From the NCBI GenBank assembly GCA_963755115.1, contig CAVWIK010000003.1, positions 359,327 through 423,326 on the forward strand: a stretch of 64,000 nucleotides of DNA, given 5' to 3'. This DNA is from an uncultured Chloroflexia bacterium (GTDB lineage Bacteria > Chloroflexota > Limnocylindria > Limnocylindrales > CSP1-4). The notes beneath the pieces were generated by a model. It was given only the letters and a program-made list of their open reading frames with translations. It had not been told where the DNA came from and did not search any database. Positions 1-9,670 of the stretch are shown one piece after another (the first letter of the stretch is position 1; the number at the start of each line of letters is the position of its first letter). Position numbers and translations under genes: made by a program.

Positions 1-738
1 GATGAAGAAGATCAGGGCACCGAGCGGCTGCTGGAAGATGTACCAGTTCGTGAACCAGCCTCCCTGGTTGTTCACGATCTGGTTGAGGCTCATCGTGCCG
101 GCCAGCAGGATCAGCCCGACCACCGACAGCGTCAGCGGGATCTCGTAGCTGATGACCTGCGCCGCAGAGCGGAGACCGCCCAGCAGCGAGTACTTGTTGA
201 AGCTCGACCAGCCCGCCATCAGCAGCCCGACGACGGCGAGGCCGCCGATCGCGAAGAAGTAGAGGAGCCCGATGTTCATGTCCGCGCCGAAGACGTTGGG
301 CGCGAACGGGATCACCAGCAGGCTCAGGACGCTGGTCAGGTAGACGACGACCGGCGCCCACGTGAAGACGAGTGGGTCGACGCCGGTCGGGGTGAAGTCC
401 TCCTTCATGAGGACCTTGAGGCCGTGGACCACCGACAGGAGCGAGCCGAAGGGACCGACGCGGTCCGGCCCGATCCGGAGGTTCATCAGGGCGATGACCT
501 TCATCTCCATGAAGATGATCAGGAACGCGGTCGGGATCGTCATCAGCAGGATGACCGTGACGGCCACCACGAACCGGACGATCGCCATGTTGTTCGCGAG
601 CAGGTCGACGATCGTCGGGCCGAGGATGGCGACGAACGCGACGAGCGCGATCGTCAGCGCCAGCAGCACGGGCACGACCGTGAACACGATCTTGCCGGGG
701 AGCGTGAGCCTCGACCAGGACCGCCCGATGACCGTCAT
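1..738 (-). CDS. nuoH: NADH-quinone oxidoreductase subunit H (3' end runs off the window)
   Basis: Manual translation from ATG 738: hydrophobic protein with MKVIALMNLRIGPDRVGPFG...GLKVLMKED, GWSSFNKYSLLGGLRSAAQVISYEIP. Not in the ORF track. Confidence 0.95.
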   Translation of the reverse strand, partial: MTVIGRSWSRLTLPGKIVFTVVPVLLALTIALVAFVAILGPTIVDLLANNMAIVRFVVAVTVILLMTIPTAFLIIFMEMKVIALMNLRIGPDRVGPFGSLLSVVHGLKVLMKEDFTPTGVDPLVFTWAPVVVYLTSVLSLLVIPFAPNVFGADMNIGLLYFFAIGGLAVVGLLMAGWSSFNKYSLLGGLRSAAQVISYEIPLTLSVVGLILLAGTMSLNQIVNNQGGWFTNWYIFQQPLGALIFFI

Positions 739-745
739 GTCGCCG

Positions 746-1966
746 TCACTTGTCGACGCCGCCCATGATCGGGTCGAGGCTGGCCATGACGGCCATGGTG
801 TCGGCGACGAGGTGGCCCGGAACGGTGAGCCCGACGGACTGGAGGTTCACGAACGAGGGGTCGTGGATCCGCATCCGGAACGGCTGGTCCGTGCCGTCGC
901 TGATGACATAGGCGGCGTACTGGCCGCGTGGCCCCTCGATGCCGGCATAGGCGCGTCCGGGCCGCGGCCGGAGCAGCCTCGGCAGCTTCGCCATGATCGG
1001 CCCGTCGGGCATCTGGTGGAGGCACTGGTCGATGATCCGCAGGCTCTGCTTGATCTCGTCCATCCGGAGCAGGTAGCGCGCCAGGCAGTCGCCCTCCGAC
1101 CGGGTCGGGATGTCGAAGTCGAGCTCCGGGAAGACGCTGTACGGGTGGGCGCGGCGCAGGTCGAACGGCACGCCGGTCGCCCGCAGGTTCGGGCCGGTCA
1201 GGCACATCCGCAGCGCGGTCGCGGTGTCGATCGTCCCGAGGCCGCGCATCCGGCGCACGAAGATCTCGTTCTCGTTGAGGAGCGCGTTGCCGGACTCGAT
1301 CTGCTCGGCCGCGTGGCTCATCCAGTCGCCGAGGCGGCTCATGAACTCGTGGTTCAGGTCGCCGTTCACGCCGCCGATCCGGAAGTAGTTGAACAGCATC
1401 CGCTGGCCGGTGAGCGACGCGAGGAGGTCGACGATCTCGTCGCGCTCGATGAACGACCACAGGATCGGTGTCAGGCCGCCGAGGTCGAGGGCCATCCAGC
1501 CGAGGAAGAGGGCGTGACTCGCGATCCGGTTGAGCTCGGTCGAGAGGACCCGGATGTACTCGGCGCGGCGCGGGACCTGGACGTCGAGGAGCTTCTCGAA
1601 CGCCATGACCCCGGGCCACTCGCAGAAGAGCGAGCTGACGTACTCGAGCGGGTCGAGGTAGCAGATCGCCTGGTGATAGTCGGCGTTCTCGCACAGCTTC
1701 TCGACGCCGCGATGGAGGTAGCCAAGGACCGGGTCGAGGTCGACGACCTTCTCGCCGTCGAGCTTGAGGACGACCCGCAGCACGCCGTGGGTGGACGGGT
1801 GCTGCGGCCCCATGTTGATGAGCATCTCGCCGTCGCCGAGCGTGTAGAACTCGGCCTCGCGCTCGGTCCGCGGCGGATAGGGCGGGACGGGCTCGTAGAC
1901 GCCGAGCTCGCGGTCGAGCGTCACGCGGGGATCGTCGGCGGAGGGGCGTTGCGCGGTGACGGGCAT
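746..1966 (-). CDS. nuoD: NADH-quinone oxidoreductase subunit D
   Basis: NMGPQHPSTHGVLR, GYLHRGVEK, EGPRG and C-terminal DPIMGGVDK motifs. Confidence 0.96.
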   Translation of the reverse strand: MPVTAQRPSADDPRVTLDRELGVYEPVPPYPPRTEREAEFYTLGDGEMLINMGPQHPSTHGVLRVVLKLDGEKVVDLDPVLGYLHRGVEKLCENADYHQAICYLDPLEYVSSLFCEWPGVMAFEKLLDVQVPRRAEYIRVLSTELNRIASHALFLGWMALDLGGLTPILWSFIERDEIVDLLASLTGQRMLFNYFRIGGVNGDLNHEFMSRLGDWMSHAAEQIESGNALLNENEIFVRRMRGLGTIDTATALRMCLTGPNLRATGVPFDLRRAHPYSVFPELDFDIPTRSEGDCLARYLLRMDEIKQSLRIIDQCLHQMPDGPIMAKLPRLLRPRPGRAYAGIEGPRGQYAAYVISDGTDQPFRMRIHDPSFVNLQSVGLTVPGHLVADTMAVMASLDPIMGGVDK

Positions 1967-1984
1967 GGTCGGCTGGGACCTCGA

Positions 1985-2533
1985 TCAGTCCGGCGCGCGA
2001 CGGAGCAGCGTCGCGGCCGGGGCGTTGCGTGGCGTGTGGGTCCGCTCCATCGGCCGGACGCCACCGCCCGGCGAGCGCGCGGCGTCGTCGGCGAGGTAGA
2101 AGTCCTTGCGGAGCGGGAAGCTCATGTAGTCGGGCGGCATGTAGATGCGGCGCAGGTCCCGGTTGCCCTCGAAGGTGATCCCGAACATGTCGTACGCCTC
2201 GCGCTCCTGCCACTCCGCGCCCTTCCAGAGGAACGTCGCGGAGGGGACCCGCGGATCCTCGCGGGAGAGACCGTCGGCGACGACCCGGAGCCAGTCCGGC
2301 GTGGTGTCGCTCCACAGGTGGTAGACGACCTGCATGACCTCGCCGGTGTCGACGCCCGCGAGGTCGGCGAGGAACTCGAAGCGGAACTCGGGCTCGTCGT
2401 GGAGCGCGGTCAGGACGGGGACCACGTCGCCGGCCGCGATGCGCATCTCCGTCTCGTCATGCCGCTGCCGGATGGGCCCGGTGAGCTGGTCGGCGAAGCG
2501 CGACTCGAGGCGGGCCTTGAACCGTCGATCCAC
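1985..2533 (-). CDS. nuoC: NADH-quinone oxidoreductase subunit C
   Basis: WQEREAYDMFGITFEG and FPLRKDF motifs. GTG start 2 nt after the nuoB stop. Confidence 0.92.
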   Translation of the reverse strand: MDRRFKARLESRFADQLTGPIRQRHDETEMRIAAGDVVPVLTALHDEPEFRFEFLADLAGVDTGEVMQVVYHLWSDTTPDWLRVVADGLSREDPRVPSATFLWKGAEWQEREAYDMFGITFEGNRDLRRIYMPPDYMSFPLRKDFYLADDAARSPGGGVRPMERTHTPRNAPAATLLRRAPD

Positions 2534-2535
2534 GC

Positions 2536-3258
2536 TCAGACGTCCTGCGGGACGGTGGGCCCGATGGCCCGCTCCGGCCAGTGGCCCCGGCGATCCTTGA
2601 CCAGCTGCTGGAGCTTCATCATCCCGTAGATGAGGCCCTCCGGGCGCGGCGGGCAGCCCGGGATATAGACGTCGACCGGCATCACCCGGTCGATCCCCTC
2701 GACCGTCGAGTAGCTCCGCTTGTAGCGACCACCGGAGCACGTGCAGTCGCCCAGGGCGACGCACCACTTCGGCTCGGGCATCTGCTCCCACAGGCGGACG
2801 AGCGGGCCGGCCATCTTCGTCGTCAGGGTCCCCGCGACGATGAGGACATCGGCCTGGCGCGGGCTCGCACGGAACGGGAACATCCCCCAGCGGTCCATGT
2901 CGTTCTTGGACGTCGCGGCCGACATCATCTCGATCGCACAGCAGGCCAGCCCCGACAGCAGCGGCCAGAGGCTGTTCATGCGGATGAGGTCCAGGACGTA
3001 GTCGGCCTTCGTCGGGATGACCTCGAGCGCGCCGCTCCAGCGCGCATCGTCGCGCCGTCCAAGCCCGCTCGCCTCGAACTCGCGCAGGTGCGTGATGTCG
3101 CTGGGTCGGCCGCCCTCGTACGCCGCCGGATCGGCCGCCTGCCAGAGGGTGTTCGGGACGACGATCGGCGCCAGGACGTCGCGCTCGCCGTCGGCCGGCG
3201 TGAGTGCCGACTCTTCCGCGGCCTTGGGGCCCTTCGGGCGGCTCGGCGTCAGCGCCAC
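2536..3258 (-). CDS. nuoB: NADH-quinone oxidoreductase subunit B
   Basis: GLACCAIEM, SPRQAD, PVDVYIPGCPPRPE (cluster N2 ligands), with an N-terminal extension. Confidence 0.96.
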   Translation of the reverse strand: MALTPSRPKGPKAAEESALTPADGERDVLAPIVVPNTLWQAADPAAYEGGRPSDITHLREFEASGLGRRDDARWSGALEVIPTKADYVLDLIRMNSLWPLLSGLACCAIEMMSAATSKNDMDRWGMFPFRASPRQADVLIVAGTLTTKMAGPLVRLWEQMPEPKWCVALGDCTCSGGRYKRSYSTVEGIDRVMPVDVYIPGCPPRPEGLIYGMMKLQQLVKDRRGHWPERAIGPTVPQDV

Positions 3259-3617
3259 GTCAGGGCTCCCTTCCGCCAGGCATACGCCAGCCCGAGCAGC
3301 AGGATCGTCACGAAGATCACCATGCTGACGAGCCCGCCCGCGAGCGCGTCGATGTCGAGCGAGTTGAAGTTGATCGCCCAGAGGTAGATGAAGACCACCT
3401 CGATGTCGAAGGCGACGAAGAGCAGCGCATAGATGTAGAACGACAGGCCGAACCGACCGTGGGTGTCACCGTAGGTGTCGATGCCGGACTCGTACGGGAG
3501 GCCCTTGTGCTCGTCCCCACGGTTCCGATGCGACACGATCCAGGCCGCGCCGATGGTCAGGAAGACGAACGACACGCCCGCGAAGGCGAAGCCCACGATG
3601 TACCAGATGCCGGTCAA
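3249..3617 (-). CDS. nuoA: NADH-quinone oxidoreductase subunit A
   Basis: Three TM segments, PYESG and FVAFDIEVVFIYLW. TTG start with GGGAG upstream. Confidence 0.95.
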   Translation of the reverse strand: MTGIWYIVGFAFAGVSFVFLTIGAAWIVSHRNRGDEHKGLPYESGIDTYGDTHGRFGLSFYIYALLFVAFDIEVVFIYLWAINFNSLDIDALAGGLVSMVIFVTILLLGLAYAWRKGALTWR

Positions 3618-3812
3618 CCGAACTCCCTTCGAGCGACAGGCCGGAGGGCTCGCGTCGCTGGCTGGAGACCCCTGAGCGAGCGGGCAGGCGCACCCGCACG
3701 AGGCGCACCGACGCCTGTCGGCATTCTAGCAGTGGGAGCGGGCCGGAGCGGCGGCGGGAGGGGTGCCCGGACGGTGCCGGGATCGTGCTCGCGGGCCGCG
3801 GGCGGGATGCGT

Positions 3813-3863
3813 CGGGGAGCGGCGCGCGCCGAGCGCGCGTGCAGGTTCGCGCGCCGCTCCCCG
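3813..3863. repeat. Perfect 16-bp inverted repeat with a 19-nt loop in the intergenic region upstream of nuoA
   Basis: CGGGGAGCGGCGCGCG (3813-3828) and CGCGCGCCGCTCCCCG (3848-3863). Confidence 0.85.
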
Positions 3864-3930
3864 TCAGGTCGTGCCCGACCGTGGCAAATCGTGCGCGACG
3901 GCCGAGATGAGGGGCAATAGGTATATCGCC

Positions 3931-5156
3931 CTAGTCCGGGGCGCTCCGGGGTGGTACCCGCCGGCCGGGCTGACGGAAGGCGAAGGCCGATGGGAGCGGC
4001 CCGTCCGGCCATGCCCGGCCGAAGCCCATCACGCGGAATCGGCCCATCGCCGCCGGGTCGAGCATCCGCATGAGCGCCGAGCGGACGACCAGGTACTCGT
4101 CGAGCGAGGTCGCCGGATCGGCCTGGATCGCCCGCAGCCGCTCCTCGATACCGAGCCCCACGAGCGCCTCGGCCTGGGTCGTGATGCCGACGGTCGTCAG
4201 CCCGGCCCGGTGCGCTGCGCGCTCGACCGCGGTGACGTCGACATGCGCGGTCAGGTCCTGGCGGCCGACATGGCGGTACGGGTCGTCGTGCACCTGGTGG
4301 CGGACGTAGGCGCGGAGCGTGCCGTCGGGACGGCGTGCGGGATCGTACAGGTCGGTCGCCGGTGCGCCGTAGTCGATGAGGAGGAGCAGCCCGCGACGCA
4401 GACCGCCGGCCGCCTCGGCGACCCACCGATCGAGGTCGAGGCAGATCTCGGCGGTCTGGCCGTCGGCCAGGTCGATGCTCTCCGCTTCGAGGCGCGCGGC
4501 GAGACCCTCGGTCGGCTCGACCTCGACCTCGGTGAAGGGCCCGGCGGGCGACACGTCGACCGCGAGCTCGCGCAGGGTCAGTCCGCGCCGTCGGACGCGA
4601 TGGACCGGGAGGGCGTCGAGGACCTCGTTCGCGACGATGACGCCGTCGATCGGCTCCGGGGCGCCGGCCAGCCCGGCGTCGTCGAGCATGGCGGCCAGCC
4701 CTGACGCCGCGAGCCGGTCGCGGATCTCGACGATCCGGTGGGCGGACATCTCGACGGGCTGGTAGCGCACCCGTTCCTCGAGCGATGAGCCGCGGAGCGC
4801 TCCGAGCAGCGCGACCGCGAGCGCGCCGGTTCCCGCCCCGATACTCGCGGACGGTGAACCGGTCGGGCTCGCCGAGATGATGCCACGTCTCGAGGACGAG
4901 CCCCGACAGGGTCGCGCCGAAGATCGGGTGGAGCTCAGGGGCGGTGATGAAGTCGCCGGCGCGGCCGGGCCGGGGGTCCGGGCCGGCGTAGTAGCCCGCG
5001 TCCCCGTCGTAGAGGCTGATGGCCATGAACCGCGCGAACGGCATCGGGCCGTCACGCCGGATCTCGTCGCGGATGCGATCGGCGAGCTCGGCGTCCTCGC
5101 CGACCGCCGTCGAGGTCGGTCGGTGGCTCGCGTCGCAGGCCGGGCTCGATGTCCAT
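3931..5156 (-). CDS. MidA/NDUFAF7-family SAM-dependent methyltransferase (two apparent frameshifts, ~5105 and ~4840)
   Basis: Joined frames give MPFARFMAISLY..GYY..GDFITAPELHPIFG, E-x-GAGTG-x-LA, ANEVLDALP, LLIDYG, QDLTAHVD. Confidence 0.85.
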
Positions 5157-5159
5157 CGG

Positions 5160-6213
5160 TCAGCCGGCCGCCTGTCGCCCGATGACGAGCCGGATCCCGG
5201 GTCCGACCAGGGTGTGACCGCCGAGCAGGATCGGGATCGTCGCAGCCGCAGCGGCGGCCGTCAGCTCGCGCAGCCAGGGGTCCCCGATCCGCTCGGCGAG
5301 CAGCAGGTCCGAGGCGAAGCGGTCCTCGGCCGGCGGCCAGGCTCGCTCGTCGGCGCCGAGGCGATGGGCGAGAAGCACGCGCGTGTCGATGATCGCCGCG
5401 TCGGCCAGCGCGGCCAGGTGCGTCCCGAGGGACGCCGGTCCGTCCCGGTCGAGCAGGGCTCCCAGGACGGAGGCGGGTCGGCGCTGCCCCACCACGCTCG
5501 TGCGCAGGCCCCGTTCTTCGATGAGGGCCCGCGTCCGCGACCGCGTGTGCGTCTCCAGCCAGGCGACCGTCGCGGCGGAGGTCCGGCCGGCGACGAGCAA
5601 CTCGGCCCGCCGATCCGCCGCGACCGAGCGGATGGACGCCAGTCGGGATCGCACCTGGCTCGTGTCGACCGATCGCTGACCGGGCGGCTCCGCGACGCCG
5701 ATGAGGACGAGGTCGACCGGCCCGTCCAGGTCGATCGCGAGGCGCCAGCGACGACGAAGGTCGGTGACGGCGTAGCCGGCCTGCTCGGCCAGCCAGCGCG
5801 GCAGCGCGTTGTCGCCGGGGAGGTCCGGGACCACGGCGAGGCCGTCGGTCGCGCACGAGACCGCGATGACATCGGCGGAGTAGCGGTTGTTGGCGACGGC
5901 CCGCCGGTCGTCCGCCGCAGGCTGCGGCGACCAGGTCGCGACGGTCACGGGCGGTCGCGAGCGGGATCGCGCCGGAGCCAAGGATCACGAGGCCGCCCGG
6001 TCGGTCGGCGCGGACGAGGTCGCGGAGGCGTCTCCCGAACGGTGTATCGTCGGGCGGCCCGGCGACGATCCGGACATCGGCCGCTCCGGCCGCCTCGAAG
6101 CCGGACCGGTGGCGCACCGCGAGAGCGGCACGCGCGCCGGCGACCCAGCGTTCGATGAGACCGGCGTCCGGGGCCGGATCGGGGTGGAGGATGCGGACGG
6201 CGACCGGTCGCAT
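5160..6213 (-). CDS. Conserved hypothetical protein, possibly CofC/MobA-like nucleotidyltransferase fold with a C-terminal extension (frameshift ~5920)
   Basis: NNRYSAD and LAIDLDGPVDL (resembles the CofC DvDtpeDL motif). The fold call is by resemblance only. Confidence 0.5.
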
Positions 6214-6258
6214 CCGGCGAGTCTAGGGCCCGGATCGCCCGATGAGCCCGAGGAGGCC

Positions 6259-6885
6259 GTGACCGACCGTCGAGTCCGCGCGTACATCGGTCTCGGGGCG
6301 AACGTCGGCGACGCCGAGAGGACCCTGACCGAGGCGGTCCACGCCCTCGGATCCGCGCCCGGACTGCGGCTCCGCGGCGTCTCGCGCCTGTACGCGACGG
6401 TCCCGGTCGGCGTGACCGACCAGCCCGAGTTCCGCAACGCTGCGGTCGCCCTCGACGTCCCCGCCGGCCCGGACCCCGCGGCGGGCGCGACGACGCTGCT
6501 GATCGCGCTCAAGGACCTGGAACGAGCTGCCGGTCGTCGCGCCGGTCGCCGCTGGGGGCCGCGCGAGCTCGATCTCGACCTGCTGGTCTTCGGCCGGGCG
6601 CGGCTTGCCATCGAACGCCCACCCGACGCCCGGTCGATCGACGCGGCCGCCGACCCGGCCAGGGCGGCGAGGCTGCTGGAGGTCCCGCACCGCGATGCCA
6701 GCGAGCGGCTCTTCGTCCTGGCGCCGCTCGCGGACCTGGCGCCCGGGCTCGTTCCGCCCGGCTGGGGCGAGACCGTCGACACCGCCCGTCGTCGCCGGCT
6801 CGCGCTCGAGGGCGAGGCGGCCGTTCGGCCGATCGGCACCTGGGATGCCGCGGCGGGTCGCTGGCGCCGGCGTCAGCCGAGGTAG
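6259..6885 (+). CDS. folK: 2-amino-4-hydroxy-6-hydroxymethyldihydropteridine diphosphokinase
   Basis: AYIGLGANVG, QPEFRNAAV, RWGPRELDLDLL, PH..ERLFVLAPL. AGGAGG RBS before GTG 6259. Confidence 0.95.
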   Translation: MTDRRVRAYIGLGANVGDAERTLTEAVHALGSAPGLRLRGVSRLYATVPVGVTDQPEFRNAAVALDVPAGPDPAAGATTLLIALKDLERAAGRRAGRRWGPRELDLDLLVFGRARLAIERPPDARSIDAAADPARAARLLEVPHRDASERLFVLAPLADLAPGLVPPGWGETVDTARRRRLALEGEAAVRPIGTWDAAAGRWRRRQPR

Positions 6886-7595
6886 CGGGTCTCGAGCGTC
6901 GTCTCCACCGCGGTCCCGTCCGGCCCCGGCTCGACGCGATAGGCCCAGGCGGCGGGTCTCGACGCGACGACCGCGTGCAGCTCACCGTCCCGGAAGACGA
7001 GGGCCGCTCCGTCATCGGCGGCATACCCCGCGGGCAGCCGCCGTTCCGCGACGAGCCGCTGGTAGAGCGGCCGGCGTCCCGGCTCGCCGTCGTAGTGCGG
7101 GCAGTGGCTGCCGGCGATGAACCCGAGGCCATCGTCGATCGGCGCGAGCTCCGGCCCGAAGGAGTCCGTGGTGCCGCCCTCGAACCAGCACAGCGATCCG
7201 GCCGACAGGCCGGCCATGACGATCCCGGCCTCGTACGCGGCGCGCAGGATGCGATCCACCCCGTGGACCCGCCACACGGCGAGCATGTTCATGGTGTTCC
7301 CGCCCCCGACGTAGATGACGTCCTGGGCGAGCAGGAACCGCTCGATGTCCGTGACGGATCGGGAGAACAGCTCGAGGTGCGAGGCCTCCACGGCCTTCGG
7401 GTCGAACGCGGCGTGGAATTCCTCGATGTACGCCACCGAGTCGCCGCTGGCCGTCCCGAGGAAGCACACGCGCGGGCGCTCGACACCGCGCGTCCGCCGC
7501 GCCAGCGCGAGGAGCTCGTCGTCGAGCAGCGGGTTCTCCGGCTCCATCGAGAAGCCGCCGCCACCCATCGCCACGATCCAGCGCGGTGGTTCCAT
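6873..7595 (-). CDS. pepE: Peptidase E / peptidase S51 family
   Basis: IYVGGGNT, GLSAGS nucleophile elbow, PHYD. Confidence 0.85.
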   Translation of the reverse strand: MEPPRWIVAMGGGGFSMEPENPLLDDELLALARRTRGVERPRVCFLGTASGDSVAYIEEFHAAFDPKAVEASHLELFSRSVTDIERFLLAQDVIYVGGGNTMNMLAVWRVHGVDRILRAAYEAGIVMAGLSAGSLCWFEGGTTDSFGPELAPIDDGLGFIAGSHCPHYDGEPGRRPLYQRLVAERRLPAGYAADDGAALVFRDGELHAVVASRPAAWAYRVEPGPDGTAVETTLETRYLG

Positions 7596-7651
7596 GCGCC
7601 GATGCTACGCTCCGCATCTGGCCCACCGCCCGCCCAGCCGGAGACCCATCG

Positions 7652-8638
7652 ATGACGAAGATCGGCTACGCCGCGATGCTCGAGCAGTTCCACCCGACCG
7701 ACCTGCTCGACTGGTGTGCCGCGGCCGAGACGGCCGGCTTCGAGGCGGGGTTCATGGTCAGCGAGCACTTCCACCCATGGACGCCACAGCAGGGCCAGAG
7801 CGCGTTCGCGTGGTCGTTCATGGGGGCGCTCGGGACGCGCACGTCGCTGCCGTTCGGGACCGCCGTCACGTGCCCAGGCTTCCGCTACCACCCCGCGGTC
7901 ATCGCCCATGCGGCCGCGACCCTGGGCGCCATGTACCCGGGTCGGTTCTACCTGGGTCTGGGCGCCGGCGAGGCGCTCAACGAGCACGTCGTCGGGGGGG
8001 TCTGGCCGGAGATCGGCATCCGCAGCGCGATGATGTTCGAGGCCATCGAGATCATCAACAAGCTGTTCACCGGCAAGGTCGTGAAGCACAAGGGCGAGCA
8101 TTTCACGCTCGAGAGCGCCCGCTTGTACACGATCCCGGAGGAGCCGGTGAAGGTCTACGTCGCGACGGCCGGACCCATCAACGCGAAGAAGGCCGGCAAG
8201 TTCGCGGACGGGATGATCACGGTGGGCGCGGCCGACGAGAAGATCAAGATGCTGTGGGAGAAATGCGACGAGGGCTGCCTCGAGGCCGGCAAGCCCATCG
8301 GGACCCCGAAGCTGCTCCAGATCCACGTGTCCTGGGCCCGCACGGACGAGGAGGCGATCCAGAACGCGGTCGTCGAGTGGCCGAACGGCGGGATGCCGTT
8401 CCCCAAGCAGGACATCAAGAACCCCGAGGACTTCGCGGCGATGGCCAAGCTCGTCCGGCCCGAGGACTTCAAGAACCGTGTTCTCATGACCAGCGACCTC
8501 GAGGCGCACACCGCCCACATCCAGCACTACGTGGACATGGGCTTCGACGAGATCCACCTCCACAACGTCGGGCGCAACCAGGCCGAGTTCATCGAGGTCT
8601 TCGGTCGCGAGGTCCTGCCGAAGCTGCGGCTCGGCTGA
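7652..8638 (+). CDS. F420-dependent LLM-class oxidoreductase (G6PDH/Fgd-like)
   Basis: SEHFHPW, TAVTCPGFRYHPAVIAHAAATL, LGLGAGEALNEH. GGAG RBS. Confidence 0.88.
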   Translation: MTKIGYAAMLEQFHPTDLLDWCAAAETAGFEAGFMVSEHFHPWTPQQGQSAFAWSFMGALGTRTSLPFGTAVTCPGFRYHPAVIAHAAATLGAMYPGRFYLGLGAGEALNEHVVGGVWPEIGIRSAMMFEAIEIINKLFTGKVVKHKGEHFTLESARLYTIPEEPVKVYVATAGPINAKKAGKFADGMITVGAADEKIKMLWEKCDEGCLEAGKPIGTPKLLQIHVSWARTDEEAIQNAVVEWPNGGMPFPKQDIKNPEDFAAMAKLVRPEDFKNRVLMTSDLEAHTAHIQHYVDMGFDEIHLHNVGRNQAEFIEVFGREVLPKLRLG

Positions 8639-8643
8639 CCGGG

Positions 8644-8659
8644 CGCCTCGTAAGAGGCG
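8644..8659. terminator. Short GC hairpin between convergent genes
   Basis: CGCCTC-GTAA-GAGGCG just after the oxidoreductase stop; no U-tract. Confidence 0.4.
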
Positions 8660-8677
8660 GGCGCCGGCGCCGGTTCT

Positions 8678-9658
8678 CTAGAGCCGCACCCTCGGCGGCG
8701 AGTCGCGGTCGAACATGTGGACGGTGTCGACGAACCGGACCTGCTTGGTCTGGTAGGCCATCACGAGCGAGTGCGTCCGGGCGCCGCCGCCGAAGAAGCG
8801 GACGCCTTCGAGCAGGTCGCCCGCGGTCACGCCGGTCGCGGCGAAGACGAGGTTCTCGCCGGGCGCCAGGTCCTCCGCCCGATAGACGCGGGTCTCGTCG
8901 CCGTGGCCCATCCGTGCGCCCCGCTCGCGCTCCTCGTCGCTGCGATATCGGAACCGCGCCTGGATCTCGCCGCCGAGACAGCGCATCGCGGCCGCCGTGA
9001 TCACGCCCTCCGGCGCCCCGCCGATCCCCATCACGGCATGCACGCCGGTGCCGGACACGGCCGTCGAGATCGCGGCCGAGAGGTCGCCGTCGCCGATGAG
9101 CTTGATCCTGGCGCCCGCCTCCCGGACCTCGGCGATGAGCGCGTCGTGGCGCGGCCGCTCCAGGATGACGACGGTGATGTCGCGGATGCGCCGGCCGAGC
9201 GCGTCGGCGATCCGTTGCAGGTTCTCTGTCGGCGACTCGCGGATGTCGACCTTGCCGGCCACCCCGGGCCCGACGCAGATCTTCTCCATGTACGTGTCCG
9301 GGGCATGGGTGAGGCCGCCGGTCTCGGACGCGGCGAGGACCGTGATCGCGCCGGCCTGGCCGTGGGCCACGAGGTTCGTCCCCTCGAGCGGGTCCACCGC
9401 GATGTCGACGCGCGGCGCGTCCGGATCGAGATGTGCCCGGCCGACCTCCTCGCCGATGTAGAGCATCGGGGCCTCGTCGCGTTCCCCCTCGCCGATGACG
9501 ATCCGGCCGGCGAAGTCGATCTCGTCCATCGTCTTGCGCATGGCTTCGGTAGCCAGCTGGTCGGCGCCGTGCCGATCGCCGCGACCCATCGAGCGCGCCG
9601 AGGCGATGGCCGCCTCTTCGGTCACGCGCACCATCTCCAGCGCGAGGAGCTGTTCCAT
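8678..9658 (-). CDS. glpX: Fructose-1,6-bisphosphatase class II
   Basis: [40 protein letters not shown]. Confidence 0.96.
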   Translation of the reverse strand: MEQLLALEMVRVTEEAAIASARSMGRGDRHGADQLATEAMRKTMDEIDFAGRIVIGEGERDEAPMLYIGEEVGRAHLDPDAPRVDIAVDPLEGTNLVAHGQAGAITVLAASETGGLTHAPDTYMEKICVGPGVAGKVDIRESPTENLQRIADALGRRIRDITVVILERPRHDALIAEVREAGARIKLIGDGDLSAAISTAVSGTGVHAVMGIGGAPEGVITAAAMRCLGGEIQARFRYRSDEERERGARMGHGDETRVYRAEDLAPGENLVFAATGVTAGDLLEGVRFFGGGARTHSLVMAYQTKQVRFVDTVHMFDRDSPPRVRL

Positions 9659-9670
9659 GCGGTTCCCCGA

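Noticed and set aside
362-2629. Long antisense ORFs (also 8717-11203, 12410-14338, 17095-19026, 19837-22437, 52880-54952, 58628-61609)
   Set aside because: Shadow frames opposite well-identified genes. Stops are rare at this GC content and the ORFs have no motifs.
3931-6213. 760-aa ORF as a fusion protein
   Set aside because: It is a chimera of the first third of one gene and the last two thirds of the next, joined by out-of-frame sequence.
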